Of a stretch of 64,000 bases of DNA, positions 18,901 through 30,076 are shown in pieces. The notes beneath the pieces were generated by a model. That model worked only from the letters and a program-made list of their open reading frames with translations. It ran no database searches and had not been told where the DNA came from. Source of the stretch: an uncultured bacterium. Its GTDB lineage: Bacteria > Babelota > Babeliae > Babelales > RVW-14. Location: contig CAVXAT010000004.1 of NCBI GenBank assembly GCA_963759805.1, positions 59,483 through 123,482 of the forward strand, written 5' to 3'. The position numbers and the translations under genes are program-made. The number at the start of each line of letters is the position of its first letter. Positions within the stretch are counted from its first letter, which is position 1.

Positions 18901-21900
18901 TGTTGCTGACGTGAACGATTGTGTTTGCAGGTATGTTCCAGTTCGAACCAACCAAAGTGTTTGGCACACCGGAATAATTTATTAGGTTAGTTGGAATTTG
19001 GGCATTTTTTGCACTTACATCGGAGATTAAATTGTAATCACCCAAACCGGCGTTTGAGACGTTAGAAATTATAGAGCTGTCTTGCCAACCAACCACGGTG
19101 TTTGGGGTCATGTGAATTTCAGAGTTGCTGTTTTTTAATACAAAGCTTGCATTGTTATTACTGAACATTGTGTAGCCCATGGTGTTGTCATAATTTAGAA
19201 TCCCGTCGACTGAGACATTTGCACCTGAAAGTAACTGAACGCCTAAGTCTGATGCTGATCCAGAGGCAGAGTTACCAAACACGATTGAATTGGTCAGAGC
19301 TTGGGTCAACCTATTTACAATGTAATTAACACCAAATACTTTTAACGTATTGGATGAATTATTAACAAGAGCAATAAAACGACCGTCTGGTGACCAGGCG
19401 ACTGAATATGGGTGAGTTCCGGTAGCAGCTACACCGTTGCCAGTAGTAACTTGAGTTGGGTTACCCGAACCACTGAATGTAAATATTTGCAATGTGGAAG
19501 AGTCACGATTAACAACAGCAAGAAAACGCCCATCCGATGACCAGGCTACTGCAAATGGAGAAGATCCGGTACTAGCTTGGCCAACCAATGTTGGGTTGCT
19601 GGTACCATTGAAGCCAAATATTTGCAATGTGGAGGAACCCAAATTAACAAGAGCAATAAAACGACCATCCGGTGACCAGACGACTGAATATGTGGTAGTT
19701 CCCGTAGTTACACCAGTGCCGGTAGTAATTTGGGTTGGGTTGCCAACCCCATTGAAGCTAAATATTTGCAATGTACCGACATCCCAATTAGAAACAGCAA
19801 TAAAACGTCCATCCGGTGACCATGCAACTGAAGCTGGTTTAGATCCGGTAGTTATACTGCCAACAAATGTTAGACTGCCACCCCCACTGAAGCTAAATAT
19901 TCGCAATGAATTTGGGGGACTACCAACAACAGCAATAAAACGCCCATCCGGTGACCAGGATGCTGCCCATGGGCCAGCTCCGGTAGCTACACCTGTGCCG
20001 GTAGTAACTTGAGTTGGGTTACCCGAACCACTGAATGTAAATATTTGCAATGTGTTAGTCGCCTGATTAGCAACAGCAATAAAACGCCCATCTGGCGACC
20101 ATAAAGCTGAAGTTGTGCTCCCTGCCACAGCTGCACTGCCAACCAATGTTAGGGTCCCAGCACCACTTACTCTAAATATTTGCAGAGAGCCCGGGGTAGT
20201 ATTATTAACAGTAGCAATAAATCTTCCATCCGGAGACCATGATCCCCAATTTGGTGTAGATCCGGTGGTTATGCCATGAAGACAAGCCACCGGGGTGGTA
20301 CTCGTCGTAGCCAAATCCGATGACGCATTGCTTCTCATCGTCACACGATTATCAAAAAACAATGACCCCGTTCTAAGTCTGCATCCGGTCAGTGTTGTTA
20401 AAAAACTGCATCCATTAAGATAAAGTTTCGATGTCTTATCTGCCATCCAAATAAAATTATTTGTTGTGTAAGTTGATTTTACCGAATAAGGACAATCGGT
20501 AAATGTTGCCGGTGCAACTGAGAATGTTGTTCCTGTATCAAAAAATAGTCGGCCACCCGATGTAATAAAGCTTGGCATTGGTGAAGTGTAAATAAATGCT
20601 GACGTTCCTGTAAATTTAACATCGTTATTAACAAACAGTTGACCATGGCTGAAATTAAAATCACCGATCATGTTTAGAGTTGAATTATCAAGCACAAGTT
20701 TACTTCTATTCGATGATAGATAAATTGCAGGATTACCCACAAAGTTTTCAGTGTTACTAATTACAACGTTTCTTAAAGTCAAAGTTACATTGTCATCAAC
20801 AAAGATTTCGGAATTAGCACCCAGATTTATAGTTCCACCATATCCATCCATTAAAATATTATTTTGAATGTGAACAATTGTATTTGCGGGAATATTCCAA
20901 TTAATGTACTGCATGCTGTTGTTAACTTCAGCGTAAGTTATGATGTTATTCGTACTGTAATCATACTGTTTTAAATTGTAATCTCCCAATCCTATACCAC
21001 TCACATTATTTACAATAGAACTATCTCGCCAGCCAAGCATTGTCGCTGGATTTATGCGAATCTCTGAGTTGCTGTTTTTTAACACAAAACTTGCATTGTT
21101 ATTACTGAATATTGATGTTGAATTCACATTATCGTAATTAACTATTCCGTCGACTGAGACATTTGCACCTGAAAGTAACTGAAGATTTAAGTCTGATGCA
21201 GAACCGACAGCCGAATTACCAAACACGATTGAATTAGACACAGCTTGTCCAGTTGTCTCTTGCCCATAAGCAAGAGCTCCTATCGACAGTGACTGGTAAC
21301 TTGCTGGGGTTGGTGTATAGCCACCGGCTGCCAGATAAAGGCCACTTGGATGTACATCAGTGCTATAAATGTAGGTACCAAAAGATACTGTTTGTATAAA
21401 AGTTAATGACGGAAATTCTATATAGAGTATCAGGTCTCTTGAGGCAGTATCATTTCCACCCACAAGTAAAAATCTTCCATCCGAGCTCCATTTTACCGTT
21501 CTTGCACTTGTCCCAAACGGTAACGCTGAGACTTGCACCGATGAGGTCGCTGCCGAATTCACTGAGTAAACATACATCGTGCCGGTGCCGGAAACCAACC
21601 CTGTTGTTGCCAAGTAGTTTCCATCAGGACTCCAGGAAACACTTGTTCCATACCCCGATGCATAATTTCTTGATAACAATGGAGATCCACCAAGGACTCC
21701 ATTAGTAACAGAGTAAACGGCTATACTTGCCGTTGCAGAGTTTGAAGCAATCGCAATATATTTTCCACTTGAATGCCAAGCAATTCCTAGAACCTCTGCC
21801 GTTGTTGCAGTTGAAACTTGATTTAAAGCACTTCCGGTGAACTGGTATATCGTCAAGTTTCGCATGTTACCGCCAACTGCCAGATAGTGCCCATCAGGGC

Positions 21901-22728
21901 TCCAACTTACCGGACCTGTGTATGAGGCACCCGTTGTACCAAGATTTGTCTGCACTACCGGTGAAGAAAAGTTATTAGCAGCTGAGTAAATTTGTAAGTT
22001 CGATGTTGATACCGTTAAAGATAAAGGTATATTTACTTTTCCACCCGCCGCCAAATACTGCCCATCAGGACTCCATGAAACACCAGATGCCGTCACCGAA
22101 AAGCCGACTGTTGCTAACGTTGACGTCGTCGTTCCAGAGAATAGATACACTGCCAAGTTATTTGCCTGTGGGCTCGTTCTTGTCTGACCCGCCACCGCCA
22201 ACTTTCTTCCGTCAGGACTCCAATGCAACTTATCAATTTCCCTGAATGCATTTGCAATACCGGTTCCAAGTGTAAGAATTGCGCTTGTACCTGTTGCCCT
22301 GAATGATGTCGCACTTGTCATTGTAACGTTATTACCAAGCAGCAACTGCCCTTTGGTCAGACGCATTCCTGTCAGCGTTGTTTTCAACGCCGTTCCGTCC
22401 AGTGTCAGCTTTGACGTGGCATCGCCCATTATCAACAGATCTTTTGCCAAAAGTCCGGTCGTACCGCTTGTAGAAGGTTCAAAGTAAAAGGTTGTCTTTG
22501 GGTTAAATTTAAGATTTGCTCCTGACATGATATAACTTGGAACAGTTGAGCGGTAAATAAATGAGCTTGTTCCGGTGAAAGTAACATCGTTGTAAGCAAA
22601 CAACTCTCCCTGATTAAAGTAAAAATCATTCACGAAATTCATTCTTGCATTATCAAGAACAAGTTTGCTTCTGCTTGTCGCAAGTTGTATCGGTGGATTA
22701 TTTGCAAAATTCTTACTGTTACTAATCA
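15959..22728 (-). CDS. giant modular surface protein, C-terminal about 2254 codons (severed from its N-terminus by an IS)
   Basis: Three 7-bladed propellers built from a 45-aa (V)SWSPDGRFIAV.. repeat (PD40/YVTN-like). They alternate with beta-helix-like segments (NWNIPANTIVHV.NN..LDGNGNT..IGANSEIFVDD..TLTLRNVV...NPAI.L.SNRS.LVLDN). The GTG start at 22729 in the ORF track is created at the IS junction. Confidence 0.8.
17698..18102. repeat. three near-identical tandem 135-bp units (45-aa propeller blades) inside the giant gene
   Basis: caacagcaataaaacgacc recurs at 17698, 17833, 17968 and 18103 (period 135). The units differ at only a few positions, and more diverged units flank them. Confidence 0.85.
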
Positions 22729-23894
22729 CAGGACTTCCTCAAAATAACAAACTGCCTGATCTAGTCTGATCTACAAAAAAAATGTACTCTCTCAGAAGGG
22801 TTTGATCGTACAAATCAAAATCTGAGGAGAGTACAATGCTTTATTCAAGCACAGTTCTAAAATATCCAGTCTTAACATTGTTGTCTAGAGGCAAGAGAAG
22901 CTTCGAAAATATGGGATTACTAATTCAGCGAAGTGGTGACACTGTAAAAAGGTTGCTACATCCAGCAGCGCACAGCTTCAATGTATCAAGAAGCATTTGC
23001 CAATCTATGTTTGCAAAAAATGAAATTTTATGTGTAGGCATTGATGATACCTTGTTGCGAAAAATTTATTCGAGATTTATGCAGGGTGCTGGAATGTTCT
23101 TTGATACGAAAATTGGTCGCAGTATCATGGCTTACAAGTTGGTGATTGGCATAATCACAGATGGTAAATTTGCAATCCCAATCGATTGTGCGTACATTTT
23201 TGCAAAAGAAATTCTCGATTCAATCGACGAAAAATTTCCAACAAAAGATGAAATTGCAAAATCATTTGTAAAAACAGCCATAAAACTTTTCCCAGACAAG
23301 AAAATAATTGTGGTTGTTGATGGACTTTACACATCAGTCGAGTTTGTACGATGGTGCAAGCTCGAAAACATCAAACTGGAGGCTCGAATGCATAGCAATC
23401 GCGTTGTTGAATACGATGGCGAGCGAATTAAAATCAAAGATCTTTTGAAGAAAAATGGATTGCGGCCCTTGGGCCGCCAGATGGCTCGTACAATATCTGT
23501 CGCTTGGCATTCAATTGATCTAGAGCTTACAATCGTGCGTCGTTTTGACAAAAAAGGCAGAGAATCGATTGTCTTTCAAGTGGCAACATATAAAGCTTTG
23601 CCTCGTGAACATGTTGCAAACTATAAAAAACGATGGAAAGTTGAAGAGCTGAACAGAACCACAAAACAAGAAATCGGGTTGCAAGAATGTTTTTCTAGAT
23701 CGCTTGAAACACAGCACAATCATGTAGCGTCTGTGCTTTTGGCTTATGCGTTTGCCCAGCTGGAGCGCAAATTTTCTAGACTTGATAACGTAGAACAAGC
23801 GCTCAGACGGTTTGAGACGAAAACTGTGAACTTTTTAATTGATAGATTTTCTAGATTTTCAAAGGGCTTTCAGCACTTTGATGCGTGAGTCCTG
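22729..23894 (+). mobile_element. IS element (IS4/IS5-superfamily DDE transposase), 1166 bp, 6-bp target duplication
   Basis: Ends caggacttcctc.. (22729) and ..gagtcctg (23894) form imperfect inverted repeats; the first 7 nt are identical. TAATCA is duplicated at 22723-22728 and 23895-23900. Confidence 0.8.
22836..23888 (+). CDS. DDE transposase (IS4/IS5 superfamily)
   Basis: GIDDT and VVVDGLY acidic motifs, plus YKKRWKVEELNRTTK, which fits the Y-2-R-3-E-6-K signature. RBS gaggag lies upstream. Confidence 0.8.
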   Translation: MLYSSTVLKYPVLTLLSRGKRSFENMGLLIQRSGDTVKRLLHPAAHSFNVSRSICQSMFAKNEILCVGIDDTLLRKIYSRFMQGAGMFFDTKIGRSIMAYKLVIGIITDGKFAIPIDCAYIFAKEILDSIDEKFPTKDEIAKSFVKTAIKLFPDKKIIVVVDGLYTSVEFVRWCKLENIKLEARMHSNRVVEYDGERIKIKDLLKKNGLRPLGRQMARTISVAWHSIDLELTIVRRFDKKGRESIVFQVATYKALPREHVANYKKRWKVEELNRTTKQEIGLQECFSRSLETQHNHVASVLLAYAFAQLERKFSRLDNVEQALRRFETKTVNFLIDRFSRFSKGFQHFDA

Positions 23895-24345
23895 TAATCA
23901 TAACGTTGCGCAATGTAAGCGTTACTGTGTCATCGATAAAGAGTTGTGAGTTTGCACCAAGGACAATTGTATTGCCATTGCCATCCAACACTGCGTTGTT
24001 ACTCACGTGAACAACTGTGTTTGCAGGGATGTTCCAGTTCGAACCTACCAACGTGTTTGGAACGCCAGGATAGTTTATTATTTTATTTGAACCTTGAGCA
24101 ATTGGATTTTGAGCATCTAAGATCAGGTTATAATCGCCCAAGCCTGCGTTTGCAGCGTTGGCAATTATCGAGTCGATTTGCCAACCTGAAATCGTAGCCG
24201 GCTTAAATCTGATTTGCGAATTGCTGTTCTTCAAAATAAATCGTGCGTTGTCGTTGTTAAAAGTCAAAGTTGCGTTAATTATATCTACACAGCACAAAGT
24301 CGTGAGCACCAAAATATATCTTAATTTAACCAAAGCAATCTTCAT
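23895..24345 (-). CDS. N-terminal fragment (signal peptide plus start of module 1) of the IS-disrupted giant surface protein
   Basis: MKIALVKLRYILVLTTLCCVDIINA signal peptide, then FNNDNARFILKNSNSQIR..NWNIPANTVVHVSNNAVLDGNGNT..TLTLRNVMI. The tracked ORF (23851..24345) reads on into the IS. Confidence 0.8.
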
Positions 24346-24395
24346 CTACCACTTCCTTTCCTGCTTTTTTTAGTTCCTAATTCTATATTTTATAA

Positions 24396-26517
24396 TTAAC
24401 TTACATTGTCGTAATTTATAATTCCATCAACTACTGCATTTGTTCCTGCGTACATACCAATATTCAAATCATAATTTGATCCTAACGCCGAGTTGCCAAA
24501 AACAATTGAGTTGGTCAGGGCTTGGATTTGCGTTTCATAGCTCCAGTGCAATGCCTGTACCTGCAACTCCTCAAATGATGGTGAATTGGCAACATTACCG
24601 GCAATAGCCAAAAAATTGTTATCTGGACTGAATGCAATACCACGAGCATAAGTTGAAGTAAAGTAAAATGTGCCAATTGAGGAAAGTGTATTCCTCACAA
24701 GTTGACAAACAGTAGCGTTATATGTCGGCGTTGTTTGATCTTGTCCGCAAAATGTCACGTAACGACCGGTTTTATCCCAGGCACAAGCATATCCCTGCGC
24801 ACCGGATGCAGCTGTTGTAAGGGTAGCAACACTGTACTAATGCACTACCGGTAAAATAATGCACCCAACCCATAGTTTGTGTCCCCGCAGTTGTTCCAGT
24901 TGCCAAAAATCTTCCATCCGGACTCCAAACAGTATCAGAAGCACTGGTAATAGTGTAACTATTAAGCAGAGGCAAAGACTTTCCCGTAAATTTGTATATC
25001 GAAAGATTATTCGCAGGGTTAGAACATGCAGCAATAGTTTGCCCATCAGGATTCCAAGATGCACCATAGCCATCGCCTCCCAAAGATGCTGATATAACAA
25101 AATTAAGAGAAATTCCTGTAAATGCATAAATAGCTAATTGATTTGAGCTCCAATTAGAAGCAACAGCAAGATAGCGTCCATCAGGACTCCAACGAGCAGT
25201 CCAGGCTGTGATACCAGAACCCGATACAAAAGCTATCTGTGCAAGAGTTGTTCCGTTAAAAGAATAAACTCTTACATAGGTATTCGATGAATCCAGTCCG
25301 GCACATGCTAAATATCTTCCATCCGGGCTCCAACTAACTCCAAGGCAAGAGTTTGCCCATATCGCAGTTTGAGTAATAGGGGTAAATGATGTTCCATTAA
25401 ACCCTAGAACTACAAATCTGACAGAGCCGGCAGGCCCACTATCAACACCAAAGGCTATGTATCTTCCCGAAGGATGCCAATCAACACAAGCGGCTCTTGA
25501 TGATGCCTGCCAGTTAGTAACGGTAGTAGAAAAGTCAGCAAGTCGAAATGCTGCGGCACTTGTCATTGAAACTTTGTTGTCAAATAACAACTGCCCCTTG
25601 GTTAAACGAAATCCGGTATATGTTGATTTAAGGGTGCAACTGTTTAAATAAAGCTGACTTGTCGGATCGGACATAAACAATAAATCTTTTGCCAAAAGTG
25701 AAGGGGTCCCGGTTGTGCTAGGATAAAAATCAAGTGTTGTTCCAACATCAAAGTACAATTTTGCCCCTGATGTTATAAAACTTGGTTGGCATGAGCGATA
25801 AAAGAATGCTGACGTACCGGTTACAGCAACATCATTATGAACAAACATGCTGCCTTGATTAAAATAAAAATCGTTGGGAAGATCAAGCTCAGCATTATCA
25901 AGACAAAGTTGGCTTTTAGAAGATGCACACTGGATGGCAGGACTCCCCGGACTGTTCAATGTCCCTTGCACTATCAGATTTTTCAGCGTCAGCGTAGCAC
26001 CGGTATCAACAAAAAGCTGTGCTCTGTTACCCAGTAATAATTTATGTCCATTCCCATCAATAACAATTCTGTCGCCTATGTGAATAACCTGTCCGGCAGG
26101 AATCGTTAAGTCTCCTTTTAAAATAAGCGCTCTGTCGTAACCATAAATGTTTCCGCCGGAAGAAAATGTAGCTCCATTATCCAGGGTTAAATCTGATTGA
26201 AGAAAAATCGTATTTGTTTGACGCAAATCAATGGCACCGGAGACGGAAAGACATGTGTCCATAAAAACACAGGAGCCATGAGTACGGCCAGGTCCTGTGC
26301 TTACAACAGTAACCGTAAATCCATTATCCATTCTGACCACACCAGAAGCAAATTGCTGATCATAAAAAACGTTATTAAAAGGTTGAAATGCGTAATAAGG
26401 CGGCGTAGTACCCGAACCGCCCAGACTTCCGGCAGATAAACTAAAAAAATACATTGCTGTAAAAATCACGACTCTTGTTAAAAAAAATAGCATCATTTTT
26501 TTAGATACAAACTTCAT
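24396..26517 (-). pseudogene. single-module paralog of the giant protein (signal peptide, beta-helix, 7-blade propeller), one frameshift
   Basis: ORFs 24772..26517 and 24396..24758. The downstream frame is open back to the TAG at about 24838-24840 and encodes ..SVATLTTAASGAQGYACAWDKTGRYVTFCG, a continuation of the blade repeat. The shift is at about 24830-24840. It ends ..DGIINYDNVS, like the module ends of the giant protein. Confidence 0.7.
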
Positions 26518-27065
26518 TTCAACTTCCTTCTCTCTCTCTTTTTGAAAAATATTATCCAGCGACTTATAGAAAAAATATAGTCGCAGTTGTTTTTATGCAA
26601 GTTTTTTGTAAATCAGTATTATAAATCAGTAATAGAAGCGCCTTATCAGGACTTTGTCTACACATTTAAAACATTGAATTCTACAGCATTGGTGTAAAAA
26701 ATTTGAATATGATTTTGAGCAAAATCATCAATGGTGCATACCAAATTTTTGCTTTGACGTTCGTTTTATTTTTTCCTGTGGTCAACGTAAATTGTATGCT
26801 TCGACTTGTTCTTTTGCAGACAAATTCATATTGCTTACTAAAAAAACAGTCTCCCATCCACCAAAACGCTTTTTTCGTTTATATGCGGTAAAAAAATAAG
26901 TCTTGACATAAAGTTTTGCTTTGATTGTTTTTTCTCTGGAATTGCGCGTTAACTTTAATATTTTTTATGTATGTACCCCATATCGCGGAGATGGTGTGAG
27001 AATATGGAAAGAACATGTGGGTGTTACAGGTGCATATCTTAAAATGGTCCATGGCTTATCGAGTC

Positions 27066-27725
27066 TTACTCAAACAAGCTTTTTTTGTTCAACTTTTTCC
27101 AATCTTTATCAAACGTTTCCAATCCTTGGGTTGATAGTGGATGTTTAATTGCTTTTTCAATTACCTCAGCTGGAACTGTGATAATGTCTACGCCTGCATA
27201 AGCCAGCCTTTGCCATTGATATACATTGCGAATTGACGCGGCCAAAATTTCTGATTTGAATCCATAGTTTTGTTTTATTGTCACAATATTTTCGACAAAA
27301 TCTACTCCGTCTTTGCCTATATCATCCCAACGCCCTACGAAGGGAGAGATAAATGTTACGCCTAATTTTGCAACCAACAGCGCCTGAATCTCTGTAAAAA
27401 CAAGTGTGACGTTAATTTTTACTCCGTCGGAAACAAGTTTGTGAATTACAGAAAAATATTCCGGCATGCATGGGATTTTTACGACAACGTTTTTAGCCAA
27501 ATTTGAAATCTCTTTTGCTTGTTTGTAAACTGCATCCGGGTTATTTTCTACGACTTCTATGCTTACCGGACCCTTAACCATGCTGCAAATGTCGAGTAAA
27601 ACCTTTTTGGTGTTTGAATCCTCTTTGCTTAAAAGTGTTGGATTTGTTGTTACTCCGTCAATAAGCCCGGTTTCAGTCCATTTTTTAATTTGTTCGCGAT
27701 TGGCAGTATCAAGAAATATTTTCAT
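27066..27725 (-). CDS. tal: short-type transaldolase / fructose-6-phosphate aldolase
   Basis: MKIFLDTANREQIKKW..GLIDGVTTNPTLL, 219 aa, with the Schiff-base Lys context VVVKIP. Confidence 0.85.
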   Translation of the reverse strand: MKIFLDTANREQIKKWTETGLIDGVTTNPTLLSKEDSNTKKVLLDICSMVKGPVSIEVVENNPDAVYKQAKEISNLAKNVVVKIPCMPEYFSVIHKLVSDGVKINVTLVFTEIQALLVAKLGVTFISPFVGRWDDIGKDGVDFVENIVTIKQNYGFKSEILAASIRNVYQWQRLAYAGVDIITVPAEVIEKAIKHPLSTQGLETFDKDWKKLNKKSLFE

Positions 27726-27872
27726 TTAAGGATCCCTTCCGATTTTATCAAAATTTTTTACATGTTTGATTTTCTTTGATTCGACAATATTCTATCACTA
27801 TTAATTTATTATTAAAGTTTTTGGCTTTAAGGAAATTCAGTAATATTTTTTTAGAATATTAATCTAAATTCA

Positions 27873-29696
27873 CTAGAAAGTTGCCTCCAGGCCGAGTTTA
27901 ATAAATTGCGCAATAAAGTTTCCGCGAACCTCGGTGTCGTAATGCGCAGAAAGTGACCATGTTTTTTGGAACAAAACGTTGAAGCCAACACCCCAAGTCC
28001 CATAACTGCCTTCTTTGTTCATTCCCGTGGCATAAAAACTGCCTGTAGGACCGGCAAGTTGAGCGCGTATGATCCCGTTATTTAGCGATATATCATTGAT
28101 CCAGGCGACAGACATGAGTGGAATAACTCTGACGGATTGATTAATATCAAATACTGGGTTAACATCGATGCCAAGATATGTACGCAATGTGTGAGTATTA
28201 AATCCTTTAACATGTAAATCCAAGCTTTGAGCGCCAAATTCTTTAAAATGATTTTGTCGATTGAATAAATATGAGCAGCGAAAAACTGGAGCGACGGTAT
28301 CCCAAAATGTTTTGCCTGCCTGCAGATGTATTTCGACATCTTCTCCGTTTGGATGGCTGCTTGCCTTACGATTAATATCATAAAAATTTATACTGCGGGA
28401 AACTGAATTCCAATCAGCGCCTCCACAAATTGCACCATCTATGAAAAATGAAGCTGGGTAGTAAGATGCGTAAAAACCAATTTTTGCATTTTCTCCATGA
28501 GCTTTACCCGGAAAACCCCTCCATGAGATATCATCCCATGTGCCAGCGGCACCGATTCCGAAAAAAAGATGTGGTTGCGCTTCTATATCAACGCATGCAA
28601 ATATTCCTCCAAACTTGGCGTCAAATTTGTTGTAAATGCTTTCATTTGTTTTACTGTCAAATTCTCCTATACCTTGTATCCAAAGATTTATTTTTGAATT
28701 GGATTTACTGTTTCCGGGCTCTGATGGATCAAGTCCTAATCGCCTTCCCCTTCTGTGAGGGTTTGCGTCAAGAAGGGTGTTGCCAAAAAGTAGAGCATTG
28801 CGAAAACTCAGAAATGAAATAGCTCCAAATTTCTCAGGGCTGATTTGATTAAGGGCATTGCGAAGTGGATGTGGACCAAAATCTACATAGTTTAAATAAT
28901 CAAGTGAATTATATACGTTTTCAAGATCAGAATATGCCTGAGGAATAAAAGTATCCAGATACGCTGCAACTCTTCCCGCATTACCACCTCCGGCTAACGG
29001 TCTATAGGAAAGAGCGATCTGTCCAATTGGTTGTCGGTGGATGCGTGTGTCTGGTCTTGTAAACATGTAAGTAGGAAAGTAGTTGGTTGGTACAGTTACA
29101 AAAGGTTTAGGGACATCAGCAACTAGTCGATTTTGTACCCCACCCCCATCACCCCAGTTGTGGAGTGGGTCTCTGATGGGGCCGGCAATTCCGGTCCAAA
29201 GAACGTAGCTATTTCCAGTGCTAGGGTCCGGTGAGGCGGGCATTTGCACATTAACAATAGCTATTGGCTCTTCAGGTAATGCAAAGATGTCTCTGATTTG
29301 AGCGGGTGTTTTCCCGCGAATATATTCAGAACGCATGATCCATGCACCATTATTACCACTTTTTGGCGTGCCGATCATTCGTACAAAATGTTGGGGTTGG
29401 GTTAATATAATTTCGGTGGCAGGATAACGAATATCGTAAGGAGCTGTCTCAGGGATTTCTTCTGAGTCCCATTGCGCACAGATATAATTGAGCTCTCCTA
29501 TTGGAGTTGTTGGTATGGGAAAATGGTCCGGATGTGGTGGTTGTATCTGGAATGGGAGATCCCCCGTTATGTTCCATGTTCTGACAAGTGTGCCGATTGG
29601 TTGTGTGACATTTTGTGTTACTGCCCAGATTTGCTTTGCCTCAAAGCTGATTGCTATAAAAATGCCTAAAAAGCATAAAATTTTTTTGTTACTCAT
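27873..29696 (-). CDS. autotransporter-type outer membrane protein
   Basis: The C-terminal ~270 aa follow an autotransporter beta-domain pattern and end ..KLGLEATF. Signal peptide MSNKKILCFLGIFIAISFEA. I chose the ATG at 29696 (RBS aggaaa); the track start at 29717 lies inside the palindromic repeat. Confidence 0.7.
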   Translation of the reverse strand: MSNKKILCFLGIFIAISFEAKQIWAVTQNVTQPIGTLVRTWNITGDLPFQIQPPHPDHFPIPTTPIGELNYICAQWDSEEIPETAPYDIRYPATEIILTQPQHFVRMIGTPKSGNNGAWIMRSEYIRGKTPAQIRDIFALPEEPIAIVNVQMPASPDPSTGNSYVLWTGIAGPIRDPLHNWGDGGGVQNRLVADVPKPFVTVPTNYFPTYMFTRPDTRIHRQPIGQIALSYRPLAGGGNAGRVAAYLDTFIPQAYSDLENVYNSLDYLNYVDFGPHPLRNALNQISPEKFGAISFLSFRNALLFGNTLLDANPHRRGRRLGLDPSEPGNSKSNSKINLWIQGIGEFDSKTNESIYNKFDAKFGGIFACVDIEAQPHLFFGIGAAGTWDDISWRGFPGKAHGENAKIGFYASYYPASFFIDGAICGGADWNSVSRSINFYDINRKASSHPNGEDVEIHLQAGKTFWDTVAPVFRCSYLFNRQNHFKEFGAQSLDLHVKGFNTHTLRTYLGIDVNPVFDINQSVRVIPLMSVAWINDISLNNGIIRAQLAGPTGSFYATGMNKEGSYGTWGVGFNVLFQKTWSLSAHYDTEVRGNFIAQFIKLGLEATF

Positions 29697-29712
29697 GTTT
29701 CCTGCCATTTTT

Positions 29713-29819
29713 GTCATGCTGAACTAGTTTCAGCATCCATGGATGAATTTATTCCAAATTTCTGCAATGGGGCAATAGGAACAACTAATCCATGGATCCT
29801 GAAATAAATTCAGGATGAC
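29713..29819. repeat. AT-rich palindromic element, copy 1 (107 bp)
   Basis: gtcatgctgaactagtttcagcatccatgga ... tccatggatcctgaaataaattcaggatgac. About 31-nt inverted arms, each itself a hairpin, around a 45-nt loop. Near-identical to 37250-37349. Confidence 0.85.
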
Positions 29820-30076
29820 AAATCTGTGATCGTAAGATATTTTTGACACGCGTGGCCCCTTTTATAAATTATCGAGTTCACGTTAATTAAATAAAGTTTG
29901 CAAAAATTTTGAAGTCCAAGACAAGTATTTAGCAAAAAATTGCGCAAATTGCGATCTGGAGCGAATTTTACTATTCCGTTTTATGGGCATTCCCATAACT
30001 AAAATATTTCGTGTTAATTTTTTTCCAAACAGTTAAAATGTTTTATGAAAACTTGTGATAAGTTGAAAGGAGTCAA

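Noticed and set aside
19494-20012. 172-aa plus-strand ORF inside the giant gene
   Set aside because: It is antisense to a strongly repeat-structured coding region. Its open frame is a by-product of the repeated codon pattern and it contains no motifs.
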